This document shows positions 37,480 through 50,599 of a stretch of DNA of 64,000 nucleotides, one piece after another. A model generated the notes under the pieces. It did no database searches. It was not told where the DNA came from and saw nothing but the letters and a program-made list of their open reading frames with translations. The stretch's first letter is position 1. Each line of letters begins with the position of its first letter. The position numbers and the translations under genes are program-made. The DNA is from Azolla caroliniana (lineage: Eukaryota; Plantae; Polypodiophyta), in contig JBHGNT010000006.1 in the NCBI GenBank assembly GCA_043228905.1, positions 6,820,001 through 6,884,000 of the forward strand, written 5' to 3'.

Positions 37480-38345
37480 ACCAAGTGATACACCTTCAAT
37501 ATTTGAGATCTTTAAGAGCTTTCATGCAAATGTTGAAAGAGAAACTAGAAGGAAGTTGAAATATATTCGTGCAGATAATGGTGGTGAATATTGGGGTCAA
37601 TTTGAGAAATATTGTTGTGATCATGGTATTAGGCTTTATAGAAGTGTTCCAAAAACACCTCAACGATGGTGTGGTTGAAAGAATGAATAGAACAATTTGT
37701 GAGCGGATAAGGTGTATGTTATCACACTCAAATTTGGCATAAACGTTTTTGGGGTGAAGCATTCAGGATTGCAGTTGATCTTATAAACTTGTCTCCATTA
37801 GCCCCTTTGGATGGTGATGTTCTTGAGAGGGTTTGAACAAGAAAAGATTTTTCATACAAACATTTTAGAGTGTTTAGCCATAGGGCTTATGTTCACATCC
37901 CAAAAGATGAAAAATCCAAGCTTGATGAGAAGTGCAAACCATGTAATTTATTGGGATACAGTCATGAAGAATTTGGTTATAGATTATATGACCCAACGAA
38001 TAAAAAGGTTATTAGGAGCAGGATGTAGTATTCTTTAAGGATCGAACATTACAAGATTCAAAGTCGAGTGAAATACAAGATTTCACTCCTGAATTTTCAA
38101 TCACCACACATTGAACTCCTGCCCTAGACATCCAAGGTTACAAGGGAGATGTGGAGGAGTATGATGATGCAGGTGATGATGATGAGCAAAATCAGGATCA
38201 TCGTATTCCAAAGATTGATGACATTCCAGCAATTCCATTGCAAGAGGAAAAGGTAAAGACAAAGACAACCTTCTACAAGATACAGTCCACATGAATATGT
38301 GTTGCTCACAAATGGGGGAGACCTAGAAAGCTTTGGAGAAGCTAT
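37480..38345 (+). pseudogene. Ty1/Copia integrase remnant (family F)
   Basis: Degenerate RADNGGEY, VVERMNRTI and GYRLYDP motifs. It ends in ...LESFGEA, which continues at 10491. Confidence 0.8.
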
Positions 38346-38587
38346 TGCCACAATACAATGACATAAAATATATAGTTGATGAGGATTAAACTTGCAACCT
38401 CACATCATGCTCAATCATCTTGATATGAGCATTGTATAAGATGTACATGATCTAGGTATACTCTCTACACATCTAGAAAGTTCTAGAAAGTTCCAAGGTT
38501 CTAGAAGGTTCTAGAAGGTTCTAGAATATTCTTCAAAATATTCCAATGCATGTACTTCAACTTAGAGTATAAATACTTGTAACCATC
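38346..38587 (+). repeat. U3 half of the split 5' LTR of element B (HSE array ~38475-38532, TATA)
   Basis: Matches 9910-10181 and joins 25679-25944 through the GATGG/CCATC duplication. Confidence 0.88.
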
Positions 38588-41500
38588 TGACGGGAACTCA
38601 ACACTCCGTATACGCAACGCTCGGCCACAACCGAGCTTAGAATCATACACAGAAAACAGGAAATGGAAAACACGCGACACAAAGGAGAGAAGAGTACACA
38701 GGATGTTTACGTGGAAAAACCCAAACTAGGGAAAAACCACGGCAGCCCACAGGCTACAAACTATCACTATGCTAGAATGTACAACAGTGAGTTCACGGAG
38801 GCAACGACCTCGTGCTCACGATCTTCGCCACAGGCGGCGGTTACAGCAGAGGCAACGACCTCGTTCTCTCTCTCTCTCTCTGTACACTGTTACGCACTCT
38901 CTCTTCTTGCACCAACAAGAATGACAACAACTATATATCACTATAAGTTTGCCCTAAGTCATATTTATACTAATATGACTTTTCGGCTATTTACAAATAT
39001 AGCCTCGATGGACTCTCAGAAACATATTTACGAACATGTCTCTTCATCCGGTGAGCATTCCTCACCGGGTCTGCACCATCCGGCTCTCTGTAGCCGGGTA
39101 CTCCTCATTCGGTTCTCACCGGGCCTGCACCATCCGACTCTCCGTAGCCAGGCACTCCTCATCCGGTTCTCACCGGGTCTGCACCATCCGGCTCTCCATA
39201 GCCGAGTACTCCTCATCCGGTTCTCACCGGGTCCGCACCATCCGGCTCTCCATAGCCGGGTACTCCTCTTCCAGGATTGTTCATCGACACTGTTCTTTTC
39301 CCTTCCCATCCGGAGGGACCTGTCGATTCTCTTCCGGCATGCATCCAGCTTGTCGGGTATCAGCCCTTTGGTCAGCATATCTGACTCGTTCTCGGCCGTG
39401 TGGATCTTCATCAGCGCGAACTCCTGGTCATCTACTCTTTCCCGGATCCAGTGATATCTTCGTTGGATATGCTTCGTCCGGGAATGGTAGGCCCCATTCT
39501 TAGCAAGGTGGATGGCACTTTGACTGTCGCAATAGAGTTGGTATTCATCTTGCCGGATACCGAGCTCTCCAATGAAGTCCTTCATCCATAATATTTCCTT
39601 GCCGGCTTCTACAGCTGCCATGTACTCCGCCTCCGTGGTTGACAACGCAATCGTCTTCTACAGCCTCGACTGCCACGAAACAGCTCCCCCTGCATATGTC
39701 ATACCATACCCGGATGTAGATCGGCTGGTATCCACATCAGCTGACATGTCTGAATCGGTGAAACCGTCAAGTTGAGGTTTTCCGGAGCCGAATCAGAGAC
39801 ACATATTTGAAGTGCCCTTCAAATACCGGAGTATCCATTTGACTGCGTTCCAGTGCTCCTTGCCGGAATTGCTCATAAACCGGCCCACCACTCCAACTCT
39901 GTATCCTATATCTGGTCGGGTACACACCATTGCGTACATTAAGCTCCCGACGGCAGAGGCATTTGCTTACTGGATAACCCACAGTTTGCTTAATCATATC
40001 CTCCTTCTCTACTTTCGTCTTCGGGCTTTGCTTACCGGATAACCCACAGTTTGTCGGAAGTGTCGATCCGACCGGTTTCGCATCTAACATGTTGAACCGC
40101 TGAAGCACCTTTGTCACGTACTTCTCCTGTGACAACCACAATTGCTTCATTGACCAATTCCAGATAATATGCATCCCCAGCATCTGTCTTGCCGGACCCA
40201 AGTCTTTCATTGAGAAGGTCCTGTTGAGAGCCTTCTTCAACATCCGTATTTTGGCTTGGTCCCGTCCGACGATCAACATGTCGTCCACGTACAGAAGGAG
40301 TATCAGGAAGTCGCCTCCTTCGAACTTCTTCACAAACACGCAGTGATCGGCCTGCATCTTGTGGTACCCTTGATCCGTCATGAAGGAATCGAACTTCCGG
40401 TACCATTGTCGGGGAGCCTGCTTTAGTCCGTACAGGCTCTTCTTCAACCGGCAAACCAGTTGCTCCTTTCCTTTCTCCACGAATCCTTCCAGTTGCTGCA
40501 TGTAGATCTCCTCTTCGAGGTCACCGTGAAGGAATGTCGTCTTCACGTCCAACTACTCTACCCCGAGGTCCATGCTTGCCGCTATATTCAGCACCGTCCG
40601 GATGGAAGTCATCTTTACTACCGGGGCAAATATCTCATCGAAGTCCACGCCCTTCTTTTGCTGGAACCCCTTCACCACTATCCTGGCTTTGTATCTCGGG
40701 GGGTTGCCGGCATCTCCCGGTTTCAACTTGTATAGCCACTTGTTTCGGAGTGCTCGCTTTCCTTTCGGTAACTCCACCAATTCGTACGTTTGGTTCTCAT
40801 GCAGGGAATCCATCTCATCCTGCATGGCACTTAACCATTTTCGGGTGTGGGTGTCATCCTTCGCTTCTTCGAAGCTTTCTGGCTCCCCCTCATCGATTAG
40901 CAGCACATGCTCTGCATCTGGAAATCTCCGGGGGGGCCTTCTCTCTCTGAGAGGATATCTCCGTCTTTGGGCTTCGGTAACCGGCTCCTCCATTGGCTCT
41001 TCATCCGAATCTGATTCGGGGTCTTGGCCGGTTCCGGTTTCAGCTTCCTCTACTTCTTCTTTTGCCGGTTCGGTATCCTCACCGTAACTGGCTGGTTCCT
41101 CAAGTGTTAACCGGTCCCTTGCCGGTCGGGTCTGCTCATCGTAGAATAGATCTTTACCGGTTAACTCGGAGTTCATTATCTTCTTCTCAGACTCCCAGTC
41201 GGCGAGCGTCTTGTCCTCCATGAAGATAATATCTCGACTCCGGAATACCTTCTTGTTGACCAGGTCCCACGCTCGTTAGCCGAACTCATCGTTGTCGTAA
41301 CTGAGGAATATGCATGGCTGGGTGTTCGGATCTAGTTTTCCTCTACGGTCCTTAGCTACATACACATACACAAGACACCCGAATACCTTCAGATGCCGGC
41401 AGGACACTTACTTACCGGTCTAGACTTTCTGTGGCGTGTCTTCGTCCAAGGGTACTGAGTGTGATCTATTTATCACATATGTCGTCGTCAACAGTGCCTC

Positions 41501-44111
41501 AGCCCAAAACTTCTTGGGTAGTTTTGCATGCGCCAGCACACTTCGGACCCTTTCCATTATGGTCCGGTTCATCCTCCCGGCCAGCCCGTTTAGTTCCGGC
41601 GTCTTCGGCACGGTAAAGTCGAGCTGGATTCCCTTCGAGTGACAATACTCCTCGAACTGCCCCCGGTATTCACCTCCGTTATCTGCTCGAACCGCCTTCA
41701 GCTTCCGGCCAGTTTCTCTTTCCCCTCTCGCGTGGAGCTCTTTGAAGACGGATAGCACCTGATCCTTCGTCTTCAACGGTGTGGCCCACAGCTTCCGGCT
41801 GTGATCATCTATGAACGTCACGAAGTACTGCGATACAGCATGTGACTTCGTGTCCACTTGACATACATCAGTATGCACCAACTCCAATGGTGCATTACGT
41901 CTCATCGGTGGCCTCGATCGGAAGGAGGTCCGGTTTTGTTTACTGGCCAGACAATCAGTGCACTTCTCCAAGTGCACGTTCTTCACTGGAATAAGGTTGT
42001 CGTCTGCAAGCCTCTTCATCCCCTTCTCGCTCATGTGACACAGCCTCTTGCGCCACAGCTCACCGGTAGTGTCAGATGCTACGTTCACTTCTTCCGAGCA
42101 TAACCGGGTATTCATCAGGTACAACGTGTTTACCTTCTGCGCCCGAGCCACAATCAGGCTCCCTTTGCTGAACTTCATAACACCGTTCTGGATGCTACCC
42201 GTGTAGCCTTCATCATCTAGCCGACCAGTTGATATCAGGTTCAGTCGAACCTCCGGAACGTGTCAGACATCCTTCAGCAGCAGCTTGCATCCGGTTGGTG
42301 TTGTCAACCACACGTCTCCTATGCCGACAATTCGGCATGTACCTTCATTCCCCATCCGGACACAGCCGTGATCACCGGATGTGTAAGATGAGAAGTATTT
42401 CCGGTCCGGGGTAAGGTGGAACGACGCTCCGGAGTCAACCACCCAGGTCATCTCGTCGCCGGCAAGGTTTAGCTCACTCTCCTCGGTGATGAGCATCAAC
42501 TCTTCTTCACTTGCAGCGATTGTCATCATTCCCTTCCGGTCCGGCCCCCTCTGGTCTTTACCGTTTCAATCCGGTGTCCGCGTCGAATTGGTACCATCAG
42601 TTTCCTTGTCTTTTCGGAAGTGCCGACAGTTCTTCTTGAAGTGTCCCGGCTTGCCGCAATAGAAGCAGGTAGGCCTCCCCCTTGACTTTGACCGTGTCCC
42701 CGACTTCTCCCGGTTCTGGGGACTACGGTTCCTTGGTCTTCCGCGTTCCAATTCGGTAAGGAGCGCTTTGGAGTCGGAGTTCGTATCCTTATCTTTTCGA
42801 CACGCCTTCTCATCTCGCAAGCTCCACTTCACTCTTGCAAGGGATAACCGTTTCCCTTTCGGCCCGGCGTTGCCCAAAGTTACAACCAATGTCTCCCAGC
42901 TATCCGGGAGGGAACCGAGCAGGAGTAGCGCTAGTACCTCATCGGCGAGAGGTACTTCCAATGATGTTGCCTAGTGTATCAGCCCCTGGAAGGCATTCAT
43001 GTGCTCCGCCATGCTAGAGCCATCCTGGTACCGGAGTCTTACTAGCTCCCGGAATACCGAAACCTGGTTAACAGCATTTTTGTTCTAAAACATAATGTCG
43101 ATCTTCTCCCAGAGCTCATGAGCCTTGCTCTCTTCATTGAAGTTGTTGTAAAGGCTCATGTCGATGAAGCACCGTATGTACGCCGTTGTCTTCATGTGCA
43201 TCACCTCCCATATCGTGGTGTCGAATTTGTCCGGTCTCTTGTCCCCGAACTGAACCGGCAACCAAAGATCTTTAACCACGAGCATGTCCCTCATCTTCGA
43301 CTTCCACACGGAATAGTTGGAGCCAGTGAGCTTGAACATGCCTCCCAACGATTCGTCCATTTTCTGTGTGGTTGTGTCGTTTCGCTCTGATACCACTTTG
43401 TCGAGGAATACGCGGAAGAGTCTCCGGCACCTACCGAAGAGTGAATCACTTTGTACAGTCGAACACAAAAGAAATGAAGAATGGAGGTAAGTGCACAAAC
43501 AGAAAGAAAAGAGAATACACAGGATATTAACGTGGAAAACCCTGAGAGGGAAAAACCACGGGAGTCCACAAACTCCAAACTATCACTATATCACAATGAT
43601 TACAACAGTGAGCTCATGGAGGCAACGACCTCGTGCTCACGATCTTCGCCACAATCGGCGGTTACAACAGAGGCAACGACCTCTCTATATCTCGATCTCA
43701 CTCTCACTCTCTCTCTCTGTACACGGTTGCTCTCTCACAATCGCGACAACGACAATAACAACTTTTCTCCTTTTTGACTAAGTTTTCCCTAAGTCATATT
43801 TATACTAGAATGACTTTTCGGCTATTTACAAATATAGCCCCGATGGACTCTCAGAAACATATTTACGAATATGTCCCTTCATCCGGTGAGCACTCCTCAC
43901 CGGGCCTGCATCATCCGGCGCTTGCTGGGAACTCATCATCCGATTCTCACCGGGTCTTCCGTTTTCGGGTACTCCTCATCCGGTTCTCACCGGGTCTTCT
44001 GTTGCCGGGTACTCCACATCCGGTTTTGGCCTCGGCCTATCGGCCTTGGACGAGTTTGCTCATCAATATTGTTCTTCTCACTTCCCATCTGGAGGGACAT
44101 GTTTCCTAACA
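38588..44111 (-). mobile_element. Near full-length Ty1/Copia family A (Tnt1/Tork-like) with non-matching LTRs
   Basis: 5' LTR 43399-44111, PBS TGGTATCAGAG 43385-43395, gag from 43360 (CFYCGKPGHFKKNC), protease DSGAS, integrase, RT, RNase H, 3' LTR 38588-39324. Multiple stops. Confidence 0.92.
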
Positions 44112-44916
44112 CTGTCAAGGATTTGTTCCTCAAGGACCTTCCATAGGTCCGTCATTCTTTCTATCTCGGTGCTCAACCGGTAACTGGCTTTCTTTGCTTT
44201 ATCCGGTGTGCCGGTAGCACCCGCGTCATTCTGCTTCAGCCCGAACCGGGTCTCGTACCACTACGAGGGTCCGGCCTTTCCCGCACACTTGTCTTCTACC
44301 AGAACCTCATAGTTCTGGCACGCAGCTTCCACGAAGCCGGTCTTTTCTTCCACCGGATCGCTCCACCCGATGACCTCCCGGACCCGTCTTTCCGCACGGT
44401 CCGCTTCTTCCCTTCTCAACCGCACACCGGTGAGGCCTTCTACACCACCGGCCAAAACCTGGAGTCTTTCGTCTTTCAGCCTTTGTCACTCCCGACCCGG
44501 ATTCCTGCGGACGCCGAGTAGTTGATGGTCTTCGCGTGGCGCACTGCTGCTTCTTCCATCAACCTCTTCATTCCTCCCCGTCTGATATTCTGCTCCAGGG
44601 CTCTACGGGTCTTGCTAGAGTGCACCCTCCCGTTCCATAGGTACACCATATTACCCCTTATTGCTTCTGCGAAGTCCACGCAGTCCTTCTGGACGTGACG
44701 AACCGCGTCACACTACAAGCACCTATGCCCACCCGGAGGCCTTCGGTCGCGAGGCTGCTCACCGTCGTCCCTCCTCGCTTGTGCAATCTGGAGGTCTCAT
44801 ACCATCTGCGTCAGTTCTTCCAGAGCCGCTCCGCCGGACGGGCCCTTGACCACACCGGACGAGCCTGTGTCAAGCCAATCCCGGGTTTCCTCCTTGCGCA
44901 CAGGTGGGGGTCCCTC
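44112..44916 (-). pseudogene. gag-side fragment of Gypsy element E
   Basis: The minus strand ends ...DLWKVLEEQILD, which reads on into KVELSL at 28547 onward on the plus strand. Confidence 0.7.
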
Positions 44917-45255
44917 TGTTAGGAAATAGGTCCCTCCGGATGGGAAGTGAGAAGAACAGTACTGATGAGCAAACTACTTCATCACCAATTTCTCTAGCTA
45001 CTTGACCACTAATTTCTCTAATTCTAACTACTCCATAACATAACCCTAACCACTAGGCCATTTACTTTCCTTATTATAATAAATTACATAACTATATATC
45101 CGCAATCTATCTCCTTCTCTCTCTTTTCTTTTTCATATGTTTGCATTTAATTCTTTGCATCTCTCCTCTCTCTTACTTTTTCTCCTATGCCTTCACTCCA
45201 TCTCTTATCCATTTTTTACCCATGTTTCCCACCTTCGGCATGCCACATAACGACA
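44917..45255. repeat. Fused LTR fragments (Copia A LTR start 44917-44975, then a C-lineage LTR end)
   Basis: TGTTAGGAAATAGGTCCCTCCGG start; the right end GCCACATAACGACA resembles the LTR-C end GCCACATCATGACA. Confidence 0.6.
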
Positions 45256-46656
45256 AAGTTTAGTTCATTCATGTCAAACCTCGTGATTTTGTGTCCCTCG
45301 AGCATTTTTCTTCTCACCTCGTGTCTCTAACCTTCCTCGTCTTTGATTTACACTAGTCAACCCTTCGACTAGTCAATTCACTCTTGTTATCTCTAGTATC
45401 TTTCTTTCTATCTTTTTCTATCTCTCTCAATGGTACCTTTCTTTCCTTAGTCTCTCTCTTTCTCTCTTTATTTGTTGAAAAATATATACATGATTTCTCT
45501 CTTTCTCTCTCTCTAGTATCGACTCCTAAGCACATTCATGATTGTGCATGTGTTGATGGGTAATCGTGTGTGTGTGTGTGTGTGTGAGTGTATTTCAATG
45601 TGTGGTGGGTATGTGCATTTGTGAGGGCAAAAGGTATACAATAGGAGTTAGGAAAGAAATTATGAACACCAAGTGATATTGTTTGCATTTAAAACAAAGC
45701 TACTACTTTGTATCACATGGATTTTGCTATTCTGTCATAAAATTTTGTGTCTTACAAATTTGCCTACCATCAATTTGCACATGAGAGAACGTCACCATAG
45801 ATGAATATGATTTTTCAACCAACTCTCTCCTAGAAAATTAAGTTTGTTGGTGTTTGTGGCCCTATGTACGCCAAATGAGATCACTTTTGAAAACTCAATG
45901 AGTCAATGTGCAGAGAAAGATTTGAATATTAGAAAGCTATTAGATTAGAAGAATTGGATCATTGACAGCAATGCAATGATGCTCAATAAACATAGATCTT
46001 AAACTGTATGTAGAGATATTATTTTTTTATAATATTATGTCAATTAATGGAGTAATTTTTTTTTGTCGCTTAGGTATGTACATCATCTTTTTGTAAGATT
46101 ATGTGGGTTTTTTTGTTATTTTGTCTTACATGTGTTTTAATTATAATATAGCAAATCTACGGTATTGTGTGGAATTATGAATGTGTTTGATATTTGAGCT
46201 TTTAAACAATTAATAAATTTCTTTAGAGACCAAAATGTAATACCAAAGATAGAGATATACAACATATGGTCTTCTAAAACAGAAGGCAAAACTCATTTTT
46301 ATATGTATAAGATTCATGATGATGAAGGATGATCACACAGTCAAAATTTTAACTCGTGATCTTTTTAGGAAGGAAAGTTCCATGGTTTCGCTGCTAAATC
46401 GTGAACCCCGCCATCGCTGCTGCTGCTTGGCCGCATCTGCATCGCAACTTCTGACACCATTTGCTGATTCTTTCTTGTGCCAAAATCCTAAGATTGGTTG
46501 AGAGATAGAAAACAATTGAACGATAAGAAGAAGAGAAATGATTCACATGTAAATGGAGTAGCTCAGTAGAGCCAATCGCACTTTGTAGTATTTTGCCACT
46601 TTTTGCTTTTTAATAATGCATTTCATAATATTAGCCCATGTGACTCCAAATTGCTA

Positions 46657-46664
46657 CTATATAA
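46657..46664 (+). promoter_or_regulatory. Candidate TATA box of the PAD gene
   Basis: CTATATAA about 80 nt upstream of ATG 46741. AATAAA occurs at 47305-47310 after the stop. Confidence 0.5.
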
Positions 46665-46740
46665 TCACCATTTAGCACTTTGATGTTCTCTACTCTATAT
46701 TTATTATACTATTGTGCTCTTAAGGTATTTTCAAACTAAC

Positions 46741-47286
46741 ATGGATGATCTTAATATTAATCACTCCAAAATGTTTCTAAATGCTAATGTTATCATATCC
46801 TCTGAGATGGATCAAGATGATGAGGCATCAGTGGAGTCCACACTCACGCCTTTGGTTGGGAAGCGCCTCATCTATATGTATGACAATGGATGGGAGTATG
46901 AGGTGTATTACAAGAACAAGAGCACTATGGATTATAAGGTGCTAAAGGGTATGGTGGCTGGGAGATGTGTCCACAACCAGATTATCCACATGCGACGGTT
47001 ATCGGCATTGTCGGAAATGTTTATGGTTAATTGGACGGAGCCTACGGGGACTTGTGTGTGCCAAGTGGTGGACTTGGATAGGAGATCTATGCAAACAGTC
47101 ATTTTCTTCCCAAGTTGGGTGGTGGACAACCCTTCCAAAACTATTTTGTTCCAGAATGATCACCTCCCAATTATTGCCACCTATCGTGATGTCGGGCCTA
47201 CCTACCCGATCCATGTAGTCAATGAGAGTGGATTCATACACACGATTTTGAATAGTGTGCTTGATAATGAGCACCACATTTCATAA
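46741..47286 (+). CDS. padC: Phenolic acid decarboxylase (bacterial PadC family), intronless
   Basis: 181 aa from ATG 46741. Family motifs IYMYDNGWEYE, GMVAGR, WTEPTGT, IFFPSW, QNDH and TYP are present, and the substrate-binding Tyr pair, Arg and catalytic Glu are retained. Confidence 0.93.
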   Translation: MDDLNINHSKMFLNANVIISSEMDQDDEASVESTLTPLVGKRLIYMYDNGWEYEVYYKNKSTMDYKVLKGMVAGRCVHNQIIHMRRLSALSEMFMVNWTEPTGTCVCQVVDLDRRSMQTVIFFPSWVVDNPSKTILFQNDHLPIIATYRDVGPTYPIHVVNESGFIHTILNSVLDNEHHIS

Positions 47287-47920
47287 CTATTTAAGTGAAT
47301 GTGCAATAAATCTATGAATACAGCCCTAAGGATTTATTATAAATAAGTTATGGAGCCATAAATAAAGCCTAGGTTAGATTAGGTCTATTCTTATATAAAT
47401 AAAAAGTTTGTGTGCTTTCACACAACAATATATCACATTTTATGATGTACGCAATTAGAGCGATATAAGAATTAGATCTGCCTTGCCGTTCGGCAAGCTT
47501 GTTGATTTATAATGTCCATAAAAACTTAACTACTTGATTTGATCCCTAGTTTGTTGTTATTGTTTCTTGGTTCTTGTTGGTTCAACTTAGGATCGAACTA
47601 TATTTCTGGTTTGGTCTCAATATCTCCCTTTTAGAAAAATGACATCCTAGGGCTTTTTAATTTTGCACAATGGATGAAGTTACTATGTGGTGATTGTGGA
47701 GGCTTGTTGACGGCTGCATAATGGATGAAGCTATTGTGTGATGATTGTGGAATCATCCGAGTGTGATGATTGGTGCGATGGTTCCATGATGTCTTACCTA
47801 GTGACATTGTCGTGATATGGCGTGTTGAAGGTGGCAAACGCGAGTGAAATTAGATAAGGAATGGAGTGAAGTGTGCATGAAAAGTAAGAGAGAGAGAGAG
47901 AGCAACAAGAAACACAACAT

Positions 47921-49159
47921 TATTGTGATGACGCGGGTGGTGTGCTACTCGAGTAGGACCACAGGGGGTCTTGGACTAGGGAGACAACCGGATGGAGAAC
48001 GTTGAGGGCTCACACTCGCCAAAAACATCTCGAACAAGCTCGTTGAATGGTCTCTAGTCATTTGAAGTGCTCACCGACCTTAGGGCTGGTCGATCTAAGG
48101 GGCTTGTCAACCTTAGGGACTTCGTTGACCCTTGTTGACCCTCGTCGACCTTTCTCATCAACCTCTCCCCCGTCAACTTTAGCTCATGAGTGCACGAGAC
48201 GTGCGACATGCAAGAAAATGATTCGTGCATAAAACAAAGACTAACACGCTACTAACGGCTAACCATGAGTTTAATACGAATGGAGTCGTATTAAGAACAA
48301 AAGTGATGGTTTAACAAAGAAATATTTTAATGGATTAAGGCTTAAGTGTCAAATGCGGGCACATAATGGACGTATTCACATTGTGTGATCTTTATTCCAC
48401 ATCCTAACGTTCGCCTCCCAACATTAAGAGCCATGGTAAGGGATTACAATGGTAGTAGCTTCGAGTAAATCACAAGCTCAAAGACAGATAAGGAAAATAA
48501 GAGGGACAATATAGTGTACGCCCTGGCAAAACAACCAAGGCTCAATGCAAACCCGACGAGGACAACGTAAAAAAATGGAAAAATCTTGTGGAACGAGAAA
48601 AAGATGGTGTCGAGTGAAAAACACCAAGTGTGAGCATACGAGCACCAAACGCAAACACACGAACATCGAACATCGAGCACAGGAACATGCGAATGCCGAG
48701 CACCGAACACATGAACACATGAACCCAAGCACGCAAAAACCGAACAACGAGCACACAAACATGGGAACACCGAACACCGAACACTGAACGATGAAGAGTG
48801 GCAAGGAGAAGAAGTGGAAGGAAAGAACAAAGGAAGAACCCCTCACAAGAAAAGCCCAAGAGAAGGAGAAGTTCCTTCCAAAGAACTTAAGACTCAATGA
48901 ATCCAAGAAAACGAAGAAGAAGCAAATGAGTCCTGCACTCTACACCTCATACAAAAATTGAATGACCCTATCCACTAGGCCATTCAATTTTATTAATTCT
49001 TTAATAGGTTTATATTCTTATACTTACATTTTTTGCTCTCTCTCCTTCCTCTCACGTGCTACACCTTCTTTCTCTTACTTTTCTCCCACTCATTCACTCC
49101 ATCTCTTATACCATTTTCACATGGCATGTTTCCCACTTTCAACATGCTACATCATGACA
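47921..49159 (-). repeat. Solo LTR related to LTR-C
   Basis: Shares GGGGTCTTGGACTAGGGAG and the end ACATCATGACA with LTR-C. It is flanked by ACAT on both sides (47917-47920 and 49160-49163). Confidence 0.75.
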
Positions 49160-49599
49160 ACATAGAGACATAGCAGCAATAGATTCTTTTCTTCTCGTTT
49201 TCTAAAGTAAGGCAAGAGGAAGGAGACGATAGAGACAGACAGACAGGCAAAGACAAAGACAAATTAGCCATGTAAGTAGAAGAAGAAGAAGAAAGAGAGG
49301 AGGAGGAATAAAGAAGAAGATGAAGGAGAAGAAATAACAACAAATTAGCTACATCACCATAACTGGGCGAGTGCTACAACAACATTCTTCTTCTACAAAA
49401 AATTTGAATGTCATCTTGTCTATTCCAAGTTAATTATCCTCCTATTTGTTTTCCTTTTCCTTATAATTGGGGCATAATATCAATGGAAGGGATGGTGGAT
49501 GTATAAATGAGGGACAAATACAGAGACAAGAGGAGAAGGAAAAGACAACATTATATTGAAGAAACAAAATATTGGCATTAATAATATGTATGAGGTGGA

Positions 49600-50530
49600 T
49601 ATAGACATGATGTCAAAACCATCATACACATATTTTATGGGAGAAGGTGAGGAGGAGAGGAATAGTCAATATATGGGAAGTAATGCATGTAGATGCTAGT
49701 GAAGCACCCCATGAGATTTTACCGGACAATATAGATATGGTGGCCAATGTAGAAGAGGATGAGATTGTAGTGGTGGAGATGCGACGTAGAGAAAAATTTA
49801 AGGCATTTTCCATGTTTCATGAGCAAGACATTATTTGCTTCTTTACAAGGAAAAATCCTTTGGTAAATTGGGTGGTGCAATGGCTAAATGCAACAGTAGG
49901 TATGAATTGTGTGGAAGATGTGTATAAAGGCTCATGTTGGTATTTTGAGGTCATTTTTTGAACCGAAGAACAATGAGATAGATTATGATCATGTTTGTTG
50001 GTCTTTTACAATAATAATAATTTAGTCTATATTGTCCCTTAGAGACCCTTGGCCAAGTTTCAAGAAATTTTGAAACAAGAGAGTCCAATATGGGTGGAGA
50101 TAAAGTGTAAATTTTCTTTTTTGTGGCCTTTAATTAAGTGCATAATGAAATGATTGGGAAAGGTGATAGTAGCCCCAAATGCCAAAGCATATAATAGACA
50201 TAGGTTATGTATGTTATGGAATACAACTAAAACGAGACATTTGCAGCTAAACTTAAACACACAGGAGATGATGTCATTCTGTTACCAATTGCATTAGGGA
50301 TCATTTGCCAGTCATTGTTTTTTATGTGATGGTTTGGGCCATTTCATGGAGGAATGTCAACAAACACAGGTAGTGGATGTAATTAATACTTCCCATGGTG
50401 ACATGTTAATGCCCGAGTATGTATTGAATGATAATGAGGTGCTGAAAATTAAGGAGGCAAATGTAGGTAAAGGTAAGGGTGTCATAATTTTGCAACATAA
50501 AGACAAAGATATTGAAGAAAGAAGATAAGA
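49600..50530 (+). pseudogene. Degenerate L1-LINE ORF1-like remnant
   Basis: PIWVEI-like motif near 50105 and a zinc knuckle CFLCDGLGHFMEEC near 50315-50357, with many stops. Confidence 0.5.
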
Positions 50531-50599
50531 TTTATTTATTTATTTTAAGAAAGATACACCTTAGTATATTACTTGAGAAATGTACATTTCAACAGAAGG

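Noticed and set aside
38663-39454. 263-aa ORF and similar ORFs in family A LTRs
   Set aside because: They arise from LTR tandem repeats, and the frames are not conserved between LTR copies.
46741-47286. Bacterial contamination as the source of the PAD ORF
   Set aside because: No operon, padR or other bacterial genes nearby. The flanks are AT-rich plant-like DNA with microsatellites and LTRs.
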